A stretch of 64,000 bases of DNA, from contig NTJP01000002.1 in NCBI GenBank assembly GCA_002457145.1, positions 33,583-97,582 of the forward strand. The letters are read 5' to 3'. The notes under the pieces were generated by a model that saw only the letters and a list, made by a program, of their open reading frames with translations, ran no database searches and was not told the origin of the DNA. Positions 1 through 10,037 of the stretch are shown piece after piece. A program made the translations under genes and the position numbers. Source of the DNA: Marine Group II euryarchaeote MED-G38 (GTDB lineage Archaea > Thermoplasmatota > Poseidoniia > Poseidoniales > Thalassarchaeaceae). The number at the start of each line of letters is the position of its first letter. Positions within the stretch are counted from its first letter, which is position 1.

Positions 1-768
1 CTGACTGGTTCACAGCGTTCTCCCGACAGAGGATCATCAGATGCAGCAGAGAATATCATCGCCTCCGTTATGTGGGCTGCAAATGGCCCACAGACTTCTG
101 GATACCGAGACACATCTGTTGTTATCTTACATGCTAAATCTTCAGATGGTAATTGTGTAGTCCTGCCTGGTTGCGCAAGTAGAAAGTTTCATTCATCAAG
201 GAGAAATGCGTTCCAATCAATTAACCAAGATCCATTAGCATATATTACCATCAATAAAAAAGAAATAACAATTAAAATGAGTGATTTCGAACCCTTTGAA
301 GCGAGATTCGAATCATCCAAACCAAACTTATTCGATGAAAAAATAAAAATTGCAGAATTTATTGCAGGACCTCATTTACAAGCATCTCTTGTTCAGTCAG
401 CAATAAAATTAGACTTTAATGCTTTATTATTCCATGGAACTGGTTTGGGCCATCTGCCTATTTCTGATCCGGAAGACGATAGTATAGAAAATATCAAACT
501 CAGAACTATTTTGGAAGATTACTGTAATCAAGGAGGAATAGCAGTAGTAGTTGCACAAACTGTACACGGGCCAGTTAACATGGACGTGTATTCAAAAGGA
601 CGACAACAACAAGAAATTGGAATATTGGGACATAAATCTTTTTGTCCTCCTGGGTCAGCTTTGGTAAAATTACACTATTTGTTATCAACAAATAAGGAAA
701 TAGAGTCTGTGAAAGATAAATGGACATTAGATCTGGTTGGAGAAAATCCCTCATTCTCTCTAGATTGA
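1..768 (+). CDS. gatD: Glu-tRNA(Gln) amidotransferase subunit D, 5'-truncated by the window edge
   Basis: Frame is open from base 1 (LTGSQRSPDRGSSDAAEN). It also carries RKFHSSRRNAF, GTGLGH and VNMDVYSKGR, all GatD/asparaginase-like motifs. Confidence 0.9.
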   Translation: MTGSQRSPDRGSSDAAENIIASVMWAANGPQTSGYRDTSVVILHAKSSDGNCVVLPGCASRKFHSSRRNAFQSINQDPLAYITINKKEITIKMSDFEPFEARFESSKPNLFDEKIKIAEFIAGPHLQASLVQSAIKLDFNALLFHGTGLGHLPISDPEDDSIENIKLRTILEDYCNQGGIAVVVAQTVHGPVNMDVYSKGRQQQEIGILGHKSFCPPGSALVKLHYLLSTNKEIESVKDKWTLDLVGENPSFSLD

Positions 769-798
769 GATTTTAACCGTTTTAATGATGAACCTGTT

Positions 799-2364
799 AT
801 GCCTCCGAAGTATATGGCAGGACTTTCCCATGAAGAGAATTTAGATGCCATCAGATTTGATGCCAATAATGCTGGAGAAAGAAAAAGATTAGAAAATATA
901 AGATTAGCAGGACAACAAACATCAAGAGAAAGAATCATGAATATTCTTGATGAAAAAACATTCGTTGAAGTAGATGCTTTTGTAAATCATCGTTCAGCAA
1001 TTAATAATTTACAGCATCATCGTCCTTTAGGTGATGGAGTGGTCGCAGGTCACGGTATGATAGATGGAAGAAGAGTAGTTTGTTTTTCTCAAGATTCCTC
1101 AGTATTTGAAGGCTCAATCGGTGAGATGCACGCTAGAAAAATAGTTAAAATACTTGAATTTGCAGAAAAAACCCTTCTTCCTGTAATAGCAATATGGGAC
1201 GGTAATGGGGAAAGGCCAGAAGAAGGAATATCTTCTCTAGGCCCTTCTGGAGAGATACTTAATGTCATGGTTGCATGTTCTGGTAGAATTCCTTTGATTT
1301 CAATTATTATGGGTAAAGTAACAGGAGTAAGTGCATTGGCCGTCGGCCTATCAGACTTTGTAATAATGAATTCTATAAATGGAAATATGGCTTTATCTGA
1401 TGAGATTGATAGATCTGATTTTAATCTTAAAGAGGAAATCAAAGATTTTTCAAAAAATGCAACAAATCATTTTAGTAGAAGTGGAGTTGTATGTTTAATC
1501 GCAGAAGACGATACTTCTGCACTTGAATTAGCTTCAGATTTACTATCTTACTTCCCCGATAATATGCTTTCTAAATCGCCAGTATTGAAGAATGATGATA
1601 TTTGGGATAGGAATTGTAATGAAATCAATAAAATCTTACCATATAGACAGGAAAAGACATATGATGTTAGAGAGATAATAAAAATAATTTTTGATAAAAA
1701 AACATTTTTAGAGTTATTTTCTGATTATGCAAGTAATATTGTGGTTGGATTAGCCCGTTTGGATGGTATATCCATTGGGATAGTTGCAAACCAATCTTCT
1801 GTACTAGAAGGTAGTCTTGACATAAAATCTTCAATAAAAGCAGCTAGATTTATCCGAACTTGTGATTGTTTTAATATTCCTATTGTGACATTAATAGATT
1901 CACCCGGTTTCCTCCCAGAGATAACTCAAGAATTTGGTGGGATAATTAATCATGGTGCAAAATTACCCTTTGCATATTCTGAAGCAACAGTACCAAAACT
2001 ATCAGTAGTTATTGGGAAAGCATATGGAGGAGCATATTTAGCCATGGGCTGTAAACAACTCAATTCTGACTATAATATCTCCTGGCCATCTGGAGAAATT
2101 ACTGTAATGGAGTCTAAAGATGCAGTAAACATAATTCATAGTGAAGAATTATCCAATTCAGAAAATCATCATGAAATTTATAAAAAATTATTAAATAATT
2201 ATAAGGAAAAATTTGATGATCCTTATGCAGCGGCAAAAAAAGGATGGATTGATGATGTTGTAGAGCCAGAAATGACTAGAAGAAATCTAATTAAAGCTCT
2301 GCGCCCTCTATTATCAAAAAAGGAATGGTCTCCTTCCAAGAAGCATGGTAATATACCATTGTAA
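799..2364 (+). CDS. Acyl-CoA carboxylase carboxyltransferase (beta) subunit
   Basis: GDGVVAGHGMIDGR, KAARFIRTCDCFNIP, PGFLP, KAYGGAY and C-terminal KKHGNIPL. Confidence 0.92.
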   Translation: MPPKYMAGLSHEENLDAIRFDANNAGERKRLENIRLAGQQTSRERIMNILDEKTFVEVDAFVNHRSAINNLQHHRPLGDGVVAGHGMIDGRRVVCFSQDSSVFEGSIGEMHARKIVKILEFAEKTLLPVIAIWDGNGERPEEGISSLGPSGEILNVMVACSGRIPLISIIMGKVTGVSALAVGLSDFVIMNSINGNMALSDEIDRSDFNLKEEIKDFSKNATNHFSRSGVVCLIAEDDTSALELASDLLSYFPDNMLSKSPVLKNDDIWDRNCNEINKILPYRQEKTYDVREIIKIIFDKKTFLELFSDYASNIVVGLARLDGISIGIVANQSSVLEGSLDIKSSIKAARFIRTCDCFNIPIVTLIDSPGFLPEITQEFGGIINHGAKLPFAYSEATVPKLSVVIGKAYGGAYLAMGCKQLNSDYNISWPSGEITVMESKDAVNIIHSEELSNSENHHEIYKKLLNNYKEKFDDPYAAAKKGWIDDVVEPEMTRRNLIKALRPLLSKKEWSPSKKHGNIPL

Positions 2365-2365
2365 A

Positions 2366-3091
2366 TTATAATTTATTTAATATATAATCTATGGAAGGAA
2401 TATTTTCTATATTTTCAGTTAAGAAAAGAGTCTTCCATGCTTCTAGATGTTGAGCTACAAGCATAATTATGGCAAAATCTTCCCGATAATAATCTCTATT
2501 ATATGATATTGTAGTATATTCCTTTGATAGGATATCTCCATTATTATTGGTTCCTGGCATTGAATCAAAATTTATTGATACATCAAATTCATTACACTTA
2601 ATTATTGATCCACTCCAAGGTCCCATGCCAAGATCTCTTCTGCCCTTTACAACAATTATTTTTCCACCATTCTTCGTCCATTGGTATGCAATAGAACGTG
2701 CAGTTGAACCCCCTCCCTTCATTTTTAATACCGACTCATTTATTTCAATCCCACAATATTTTATTGCTTCAATAAATCCTAAACCATCCGTATTTACTCC
2801 TCTAAAATTCCCCTCAATATTTGTTATTTGATTTACTGCTTGTATTTCATTACCATCTTCAATTTCAAATTTTTTATATAATAAGTGCTTTAAAGGTGAT
2901 GTAACTGAAAGCCAAAAATTACCACTTAAATGACCCATCTTCATGGTTAACTCTTCTATATTCCGGGCTTCAATAAAAACAGTTTCTGGACCCTCAATAC
3001 CCATATAATCTCCAACAATTCTAAATAACTCTGGGGTTAAAGAATGTTCTACAGGAAATCCAATAATTCCCCAGTATTCGGGTACCTTCAT
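2366..3091 (-). CDS. aroE: Shikimate dehydrogenase-like protein, shortened and divergent
   Basis: GFPVEHSLTP, VTSPLK, AVN, NTDGLGF, GGGSTARS and MLVAQ. Confidence 0.75.
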   Translation of the reverse strand: MKVPEYWGIIGFPVEHSLTPELFRIVGDYMGIEGPETVFIEARNIEELTMKMGHLSGNFWLSVTSPLKHLLYKKFEIEDGNEIQAVNQITNIEGNFRGVNTDGLGFIEAIKYCGIEINESVLKMKGGGSTARSIAYQWTKNGGKIIVVKGRRDLGMGPWSGSIIKCNEFDVSINFDSMPGTNNNGDILSKEYTTISYNRDYYREDFAIIMLVAQHLEAWKTLFLTENIENIPSIDYILNKL

Positions 3092-3153
3092 AACCCTCCC
3101 TAGATGCTATTAGCAATGAAGGTTTCAAACATCATGAGTATTTCGATGTACCA

Positions 3154-4869
3154 ATGGATAGTGACATAGACATCGCTAGAGCGGCAAATCCGATGCATAT
3201 TGAAAATATAGCAAATCAACTTGGATTGTCTCGTAGTGACTTGATTATGCACGGCCCAAATGTAGCAAAAGTTTCATGGAATTCTTTGAAAAATAAAAGT
3301 AAAAATACTAATGGCTCATTAATTTTAGTAACTAGTGTTAATCCAACTCCTTTTGGAGAGGGTAAGACTGTTACAACAATTGGTCTTAATCAAGGTTTGA
3401 ATCATCAAGGGCATAATGCTTGTTGTGTAATCCGCGAACCTTCACTTGGTCCGGTGTTTGGGATAAAAGGCGGAGCTGCTGGCGGAGGATTTTCTCAAGT
3501 TTTACCAATGGAACAGATTAATTTACATTTTACTGGAGATTTACATGCAATCACATCGGCCCATAACTTATGCTCTGCAATTTTAGATAACTGCCTCCAT
3601 CGCGAAAATCATCTAAACATAAATACAAATAGGATATTTTGGCCTAGGGTTGTTGACATGAATGATAGGAGTTTAAGAGAAATAACAATAGGTTTGGGCG
3701 GCGCTTCAAACGGTTTAGATCGTACAGACAGATTTGATATAACTGCTGCAAGTGAAGTTATGGCAATACTATCACTTGCATCTGACTATAGTGATCTAAG
3801 GGCAAGACTTGGCCAAATAATAGTTGCAGAAAATAATCAAGGTCACCCAGTTACTGCTGAAGATATCGAAGCAGCAGGGGCAATGGCACTCCTTTTGAGA
3901 GAAGCATTTCTGCCTAATCTAGTTCAAACATTGGAAGGAAATCCTGCCTTCGTTCATTGCGGTCCTTTTGCAAATATAGCACATGGCAACTCTTCTGTGA
4001 TAGCAGATAAAATAGCCCTTTCCTGTTCAGATTATGTAGTCACTGAAGCAGGTTTTGGGGCTGAAATGGGGGCGCAAAAAGCATTACATATCAAATCAGC
4101 CGCTTCAGGAGTTGTACCATCTTGCATAGTTTTAAATGTTACAATCAGAAGTATGAAACTTCATGGAGGAGGATTTTCAACAGGAGGAGGAGTCCGCCCA
4201 TCTAAAGAAGAAATTGAAACAGAAAATATAGAAGCAGTACGTATGGGTGTTTCTTCAAATTTAAGGCGCCACGTGTTAAACTTAACTACTACTGAGATAC
4301 CTGTAGTGGTATCAATAAATAAATTTTCATCAGACACATCCGCTGAAATAAATGTTATAAAAGAAGAAGCGAAAAAATTCGGAGCAATGGATGTTGTTGT
4401 ATTCGAAGGCCATAATAAAGGAGGAAAAGGGGCCATTCAATTAGCGGATGCTGTGGTAGCCGCATGCAAAAAGCACACTCAAAATCAAAATCCATTTTGT
4501 CCTATTGTAGAACCTGGTACTGAAGTCGAACAAACTATTTTGAAGATTGCTACGAACATATACGGGGCCCAATCTGTAGATTTTAGTTCAGATGCCTTAC
4601 GTATGCTGAAAACAATAAAAAAATGGGGCAAAAATAAACTCCCTGTTTGCATGGCTAAAAATCAATATTCATTTAGCCATGATAAAAAAATTCTAGGTGC
4701 TCCATCGGGCTTTAATATGCCGATAAGGGAACTTAGGATTAATGCCGGTGCCGGATTTATCGTGGCCGTTTGCGGTTCGATGATGACTATGCCCGGCCTA
4801 CCAAGAAGGCCTGCCGCTTCAGATATGGACATGGATGAAAATGGCCATCTCACTGGTGTATTCGGATGA
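3154..4869 (+). CDS. fhs: Formate--tetrahydrofolate ligase
   Basis: PTPFGEGKT, GIKGGAAGGG, GPFANIAHGNSS, VTEAGFG and MMTMPGLP. Confidence 0.97.
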   Translation: MDSDIDIARAANPMHIENIANQLGLSRSDLIMHGPNVAKVSWNSLKNKSKNTNGSLILVTSVNPTPFGEGKTVTTIGLNQGLNHQGHNACCVIREPSLGPVFGIKGGAAGGGFSQVLPMEQINLHFTGDLHAITSAHNLCSAILDNCLHRENHLNINTNRIFWPRVVDMNDRSLREITIGLGGASNGLDRTDRFDITAASEVMAILSLASDYSDLRARLGQIIVAENNQGHPVTAEDIEAAGAMALLLREAFLPNLVQTLEGNPAFVHCGPFANIAHGNSSVIADKIALSCSDYVVTEAGFGAEMGAQKALHIKSAASGVVPSCIVLNVTIRSMKLHGGGFSTGGGVRPSKEEIETENIEAVRMGVSSNLRRHVLNLTTTEIPVVVSINKFSSDTSAEINVIKEEAKKFGAMDVVVFEGHNKGGKGAIQLADAVVAACKKHTQNQNPFCPIVEPGTEVEQTILKIATNIYGAQSVDFSSDALRMLKTIKKWGKNKLPVCMAKNQYSFSHDKKILGAPSGFNMPIRELRINAGAGFIVAVCGSMMTMPGLPRRPAASDMDMDENGHLTGVFG

Positions 4870-4879
4870 GTGGTATCAA

Positions 4880-5938
4880 GTGCGAAAAATTACTAATCTA
4901 GATGAAGGATTTAGGATCAAAATAGATGATGATGATGATCTATGGACATTATCTCAGATATGTTCACGTGGTTCCTATGTGGGTATGTTATCTCATCGCC
5001 GAGATTCTACGACTGGGACCCAAGAAAATAGCAGAGCAAAGGGGGCCGAGAGAAAGCCAATGTGGATAGTCTTAGAGGTCCAATCCTCCTCTTTTCACTC
5101 TTTTACGGAAAATTTACGCGTTCATGGAGTTATTTCCGATGCTAAAATAGATATCGGAAATCACCATACTCACGTTATAGTTTCAGGAAGCGAAATTGAG
5201 ATATCAAGAGACGGAGGGTTTTCAGAAGCAGATATCGCCCTTCTTGAAAAATCATTCTCCTCAGGAAAAAATATTAAATCAGGTTTAATAGTTGTTGAAA
5301 ATGATGAAATTTTGATATTTGAAATAACTCAATACGGCATGAGAGATATATCTCAATTTTCAATGAGAGGTGGAGGAAAAAGATATTCAGACACTACAAG
5401 TATAAGGAACAATTTTTTCTCTAAAACAGCTCAAGAAGTAATTTTACTATTCGAAGAAAATATACCTTTAATAATTTGTGGACCAGGTCTAGCAAGAGAT
5501 AATTTTGAAAAAATTATCAGGAAATTAGGTGCTAATAATGAGATTATAAATTCTCCCTCTTCGATCGGAGGACGTTCTGCTGCTAATGAAATTTTAACGG
5601 ACGGTTTGGCGGATTCCATAATAGGAAAAAATGCATTAATTAGGCAAATAAGAACTATTGAAGAGGGATTAAAAAGAATATCTACAAATGGTAATGTATG
5701 TTTTGGTCAAAAACAGATTATTGAAGCGGCAAAACAAGGAGCAATAGAAAAACTAGTTATTTTGGCTTCCCTGATAAGGAGTGAAGATAATGATAATAAC
5801 TCTGTTTGGTCATCTATAATTGAAGATATAAAGATTTCAAAAGGCGAGCTAATACAGTCTTCATCAGATCACGATTTTGGAGAACAACTATCTAGTTTTG
5901 GAGGAGCTATAGCGCTGTTAAGGTGGAAATTAGAATGA
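4880..5938 (+). CDS. pelA: Pelota/Dom34 ribosome rescue factor; probable GTG start at 4880 (ORF track starts at 4835)
   Basis: DDLWTL, LRVHGVI, GNHHT, ICGPG and C-terminal GEQLSSFGGAIALLRW of the eRF1 family. Confidence 0.88.
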   Translation: MRKITNLDEGFRIKIDDDDDLWTLSQICSRGSYVGMLSHRRDSTTGTQENSRAKGAERKPMWIVLEVQSSSFHSFTENLRVHGVISDAKIDIGNHHTHVIVSGSEIEISRDGGFSEADIALLEKSFSSGKNIKSGLIVVENDEILIFEITQYGMRDISQFSMRGGGKRYSDTTSIRNNFFSKTAQEVILLFEENIPLIICGPGLARDNFEKIIRKLGANNEIINSPSSIGGRSAANEILTDGLADSIIGKNALIRQIRTIEEGLKRISTNGNVCFGQKQIIEAAKQGAIEKLVILASLIRSEDNDNNSVWSSIIEDIKISKGELIQSSSDHDFGEQLSSFGGAIALLRWKLE

Positions 5939-5973
5939 GATAAGTCCTTGACCAAAGTACTCTTCGTATATTC

Positions 5974-6648
5974 ATGTCTGCTCATTTTTCTATTGTAAAT
6001 TTTCGTCATCCAGAAGGATCAGATGCAGGCTCATTGGTAACAGATTGCGCTATTGATTTGGGTGCTACGGTAGATATAATATCCTCACAAAAAGACGAAC
6101 TTTTCAGTAATTTTAATTATGGAAATATAAATTGGCGAGATCTTCTTCAAAATAAGCATTGGTTAGTAAACTCTTCCACCACGGTACTACAAGGAATTTC
6201 TCCTTCTAATGCATGGGGCGCATCGATGATTTTCGGAGAATTAGAAGGAACAAAAACTGTAATGGTTGTAGATGTACCAGCGGATGTTAATCAATTATCG
6301 GAGATGTGGGGGTCTATAATTAATCGAATTCGTCAGATCCATATTTTGTTTTTTACGAGTAAAGCACTAGATTTAATTTCAAAATTAGAAAATACTTCAA
6401 ATCAATTATTACTTTCTAAAATAAGACTCAAAGGCCTTGTACCTATTGTTTGTACGTATGATGATAATAAAAATATTGCCCAAATTGCCCATTCTTCAGG
6501 TGAAATATCTGTAAAATTGGAAATACAGTTAACATATTATTATTGGCTTGCTAATTTCATCAATGGCTTATCACTTATCAACTCAAATAAGGACGATATA
6601 CTACATGCAGCCTCTTATCTAAATAATCGTAAAAATCAAATTATCTAA
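5974..6648 (+). CDS. Hypothetical protein, possibly a degenerate ribokinase/PfkB-like fold
   Basis: 224-aa ORF with alternating alpha/beta pattern and no intact catalytic motif. Confidence 0.45.
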   Translation: MSAHFSIVNFRHPEGSDAGSLVTDCAIDLGATVDIISSQKDELFSNFNYGNINWRDLLQNKHWLVNSSTTVLQGISPSNAWGASMIFGELEGTKTVMVVDVPADVNQLSEMWGSIINRIRQIHILFFTSKALDLISKLENTSNQLLLSKIRLKGLVPIVCTYDDNKNIAQIAHSSGEISVKLEIQLTYYYWLANFINGLSLINSNKDDILHAASYLNNRKNQII

Positions 6649-6717
6649 ATTTATTTACTCATTTCGGAAGACCCCTTTTGAAGGGGGGGCAGTTCCGCAG
6701 ACTCGGAGTACCACATC

Positions 6718-7821
6718 ATGTCACTTAAATTAGGCCCTGCAGGAGTACCACTATCATGTAAGGGAAGGACAATTGTAGAGGGTATGGACGACATCACAGT
6801 ATTGGGTTTAGATGCAATGGAAGTCCAAACAGTAAGGACAGTCCAACCTCATCACTTCGACCAATATTGGCAGGCTGGCATCCTGTCGTGGAAATCTGAT
6901 TTTGAGATGAATATGCATGGTCCTTATTATGCCGAGTTACTAGGTAGTAAAAGAGAGAGGAATAGAACTTTATCCAAGATGGAAGCTAGTATGCAGGCTG
7001 GAAAACTAGTCAATGCAAGACATTTAACGTATCACGTAGGGCCATATGGAGATTTTGAACCTGGTTCTAAAGCTAATGAAGAATTAATTAACATATTTGC
7101 AGGAGTAGTGGATAGAGTACGTAGTATTTGGGGAGTAGAAGAAGAGGAAGAAGAATATTCAGCCTTTCCTTGGGTGCATGAGGCAGAACCATCTCTAGTT
7201 GGTATCGAAACATCTGGAAGACAGGAACTTTGGGGTACTGTTGATGAAGTTTTAGAGGTTTGTAACCACGTTGATGGTACTGTTCCTGTACTGAATATGG
7301 CACATATACATGCAAGAGGTCACGGTATAATGAGAACCAGTGAAGATTATGCCGAGTTATTTGATCGTGTAAGGGAATCATACGGTGGATCTAAATTTTA
7401 TTGTCATTTTGCAGGCGTAGAACATAGGATGGGGAATGCATTACACTATACTCAAATTAAGAAATCTGATTTAAAATTTGAACCATTTGCAGAATACTTA
7501 GCAGAAGAAGGAGATTGGATGGATATCACAATCATATCTGATTCTCCTTTACTTGAACACGATGCGATGTACATGCTACAGCATTATGATAAAGCTAGAC
7601 AAAGACTACTTGAGATACGTGCCAGAGATGATAGAGTAATGATTTCGGTACCAAAAAGTCCCATTAATGAAGATTCAGAGTCAAAAGATGAACAGATTAT
7701 TAACTCTAAAACTACTAAATCAATTTCTGAAAAGAAAACACCTGTCAAAGTTTCCAAATCCAAAGAATCAAAAATGATTTCTTTTGAAGATGAAGATGAA
7801 GATGAAGATGACCTTTTTTGA
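6718..7821 (+). CDS. Archaeal endonuclease IV-like TIM-barrel protein with acidic C-terminal tail
   Basis: LGPAGVP, MHGPYY, YHVG, GIETSGR, AHIHARG, HFAG and ISDSPLLEHDA. Confidence 0.85.
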   Translation: MSLKLGPAGVPLSCKGRTIVEGMDDITVLGLDAMEVQTVRTVQPHHFDQYWQAGILSWKSDFEMNMHGPYYAELLGSKRERNRTLSKMEASMQAGKLVNARHLTYHVGPYGDFEPGSKANEELINIFAGVVDRVRSIWGVEEEEEEYSAFPWVHEAEPSLVGIETSGRQELWGTVDEVLEVCNHVDGTVPVLNMAHIHARGHGIMRTSEDYAELFDRVRESYGGSKFYCHFAGVEHRMGNALHYTQIKKSDLKFEPFAEYLAEEGDWMDITIISDSPLLEHDAMYMLQHYDKARQRLLEIRARDDRVMISVPKSPINEDSESKDEQIINSKTTKSISEKKTPVKVSKSKESKMISFEDEDEDEDDLF

Positions 7822-7869
7822 AACTTCTTTGGAAGACTTGAAGTCATATCTACAATGGCGAGTCATTAA

Positions 7870-7945
7870 GGGACTGTAGCTCAGTAGGGAGAGCGCCGCA
7901 CTGAAGATGCGGAGGCCGCCGGTTCAAGTCCGGCCAGTCCCACCA
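7870..7945 (+). tRNA. tRNA-Phe (GAA), CCA encoded, no intron
   Basis: Acceptor GGGACTG/CAGTCCC, anticodon arm CCGCA-CTGAAGA-TGCGG, T-loop GGTTCAAGTCC, ends ACCA. Confidence 0.98.
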
Positions 7946-7952
7946 TTTCCGT

Positions 7953-8780
7953 TTAAATTATAGAAGTCATAATTTCCTTTTGTAAATTATGAAGTTGTGT
8001 TATCCCTACAGTTGCAGAATTTAATAACATATCTAATTGCTCTCTTGAGTAAGTAGACTCTTCTCCTGTACCTTGGACTTCCACAAATTTACCATCGCTT
8101 GTCATAACCACATTCATATCTACATCTGCATTACTATCCAAGACATAATCCAAATCAGTCCAAACCTCTCCTTCTAGTAACCCTACGCTGAGTGCTGCTA
8201 CATCATTCGGCATGACGATATATTCATGCCTTTCTCTTTCTTCATCAGTTAATGATGGTGCAACCCAACCATTTTTTATTTCATCTTTGGTGCCTCTTAA
8301 CTTCTCAGGCAAACATTCTCCCTTTGCAATAAGCCTCCTTACCGCAACTCTCATTGCGATACATGCAGCTGTTATGGATGCACATCTTGTTCCTCCATCA
8401 GCATTTAATACATCACAATCTATTGTCAAAGCAATAGGTCCCAATGCACTCAAATCAATCGAACCTCTAAGGGATCTTGCAATTAATCGCTCAATCTCTT
8501 GGGTTCTTCCCTTTGCCCCATTTCTTTCTCTTCTAAATCTTGTATCTGTCGAGCCTGGCAATAGTGAATACTCTGCATGTACCCATCCTTTACTCGAATC
8601 TCTTGGAAACCACCTCGGTAAAGAGGGGGCTTTTGTAACACATACAAGGATAGTAGTATCGCCTTGGCTGTAAAGAATTGATGATAATGCATTTGAGGTA
8701 AAATCTATTTCGACTTTAATTTCTCTAAGTTCATCATTATCTCTTGAGACATCTATTCGGTCATTTTTTATTTTTACCAT
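7953..8780 (-). CDS. rph: Ribonuclease PH, bacterial type
   Basis: GWVHAEYSLLP, GRTQEIERLIARSLR, DCDVLNADGGTRCASIT, DSNADVDMNVVM and VEVQGTGE. Confidence 0.92.
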   Translation of the reverse strand: MVKIKNDRIDVSRDNDELREIKVEIDFTSNALSSILYSQGDTTILVCVTKAPSLPRWFPRDSSKGWVHAEYSLLPGSTDTRFRRERNGAKGRTQEIERLIARSLRGSIDLSALGPIALTIDCDVLNADGGTRCASITAACIAMRVAVRRLIAKGECLPEKLRGTKDEIKNGWVAPSLTDEERERHEYIVMPNDVAALSVGLLEGEVWTDLDYVLDSNADVDMNVVMTSDGKFVEVQGTGEESTYSREQLDMLLNSATVGITQLHNLQKEIMTSII

Positions 8781-8833
8781 GTTATCCGGATGGCATACAT
8801 CTGATGAACCATTCGTCTATTATAGTCATTTTT

Positions 8834-9241
8834 TTATAATTTTTTACTCGAAATATCTTTGGCGAATGGTGGCCATTTTCCAATATAAAGAGATATTAAA
8901 ATTAATAAAATTTGCATAAAAAACCTTAGTACATGTTCAAATAAATTAAACCTAGTGCCTCCTATAGGAATATCATTTATCCACATATTAAGATTGGCCC
9001 AATATAATATTATAAGCATAATAGTTATTCCTAAAGATCCATATCTCCTTAACGGTTTTATTAACATCATAATCCCAAATATTATCTCAAAAAAACCACT
9101 TAAGTATACCCAAAATGTTGAATCACCAAGTATCAAGGGAACTATTGGTTCAAACCATTCCGGATCAAGAAAATGTTGAATACCGACATTAATAAAAAAA
9201 AGGCCAAAAATTATTGCTACTAATTCATTCATTATTTTCAT
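8834..9241 (-). CDS. DoxX-like membrane protein
   Basis: Four hydrophobic segments; GIQHF...IVP...VYLSGFFEI...ANLNM pattern. Confidence 0.75.
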   Translation of the reverse strand: MKIMNELVAIIFGLFFINVGIQHFLDPEWFEPIVPLILGDSTFWVYLSGFFEIIFGIMMLIKPLRRYGSLGITIMLIILYWANLNMWINDIPIGGTRFNLFEHVLRFFMQILLILISLYIGKWPPFAKDISSKKL

Positions 9242-9257
9242 TGCTAACTACTCTTAA

Positions 9258-9797
9258 TTATTTTTTAGGCCTGAAAGATTTAATTATTTCAGGATTAGTA
9301 TCTATGTAAGGTCCACCAATCAAATCTATACAATAGGGAATACTGGAAAAAATCTTTTCTAGTATTTCCCTAATCGATCGAGGGGAACCTGGTAAATTAA
9401 TGACTAAACATTTGCCCCTAATTCCGGCCATTTGCCTTGAAAGTACTGCAGTAGGGACATATTCTAATGATATCCTTCTCATTTCTTCTCCAAACCCAGG
9501 TAATATTCTTTCGCAAATAGATATAGTTGCTTCAGGAGTAACATCTCTTGCCGCCGGCCCAGTCCCTCCTGTTGTTATTACCACACTACACATGTTATTA
9601 TCTATTAAATCAATAATGGATTCTTCAATATCTTCTTTTACATCAGGAACTAACTTACGAAATATTTTCCAGGGGGTAATTAGAACTTCTTGTAAGAACT
9701 TCTCAATTTCTGGCCCACTTAAATCTTCATATACTCCTTTATCGGCCCTATCTGAAGCAGTCAAGATCCCAAAATGGCATACTGCTGGAGACGTCAT
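9258..9797 (-). CDS. mog: Molybdopterin adenylyltransferase (MogA type)
   Basis: ASDRA, YEDLSGP, TTGGTGPAARDVTPEAT, VPTAVLSRQ and NLPG. Confidence 0.93.
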   Translation of the reverse strand: MTSPAVCHFGILTASDRADKGVYEDLSGPEIEKFLQEVLITPWKIFRKLVPDVKEDIEESIIDLIDNNMCSVVITTGGTGPAARDVTPEATISICERILPGFGEEMRRISLEYVPTAVLSRQMAGIRGKCLVINLPGSPRSIREILEKIFSSIPYCIDLIGGPYIDTNPEIIKSFRPKK

Positions 9798-10037
9798 GTT
9801 TTATCGAGGATTGACATCATAGAAAATTACATCGGTCTCCTTAATCCTTTTTTTGAGGTATGTTCAAAGACCGCCACTCTCTTAGACAAAACTCCAGAGG
9901 TGATGAAGTGTCGAGTCTTCCCCAAACTACACAAATTTTCATGACCATTGTAAAAAAAAGAATTATTTCCATGTTTTACGATGATTTATTAAATTTTATA
10001 GACTCAACACATTATTATTATTGATGTTGGTGATATT

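Noticed and set aside
7786-7812. GAAGAT tandem repeat
   Set aside because: It simply encodes the EDEDED acidic tail of the endonuclease IV-like protein.
7870-7952. Integrated element at tRNA-Phe (also checked at tRNA-Gly, 38039-38113)
   Set aside because: No integrase and no duplicated tRNA 3' end seen; both are flanked by ordinary genes.
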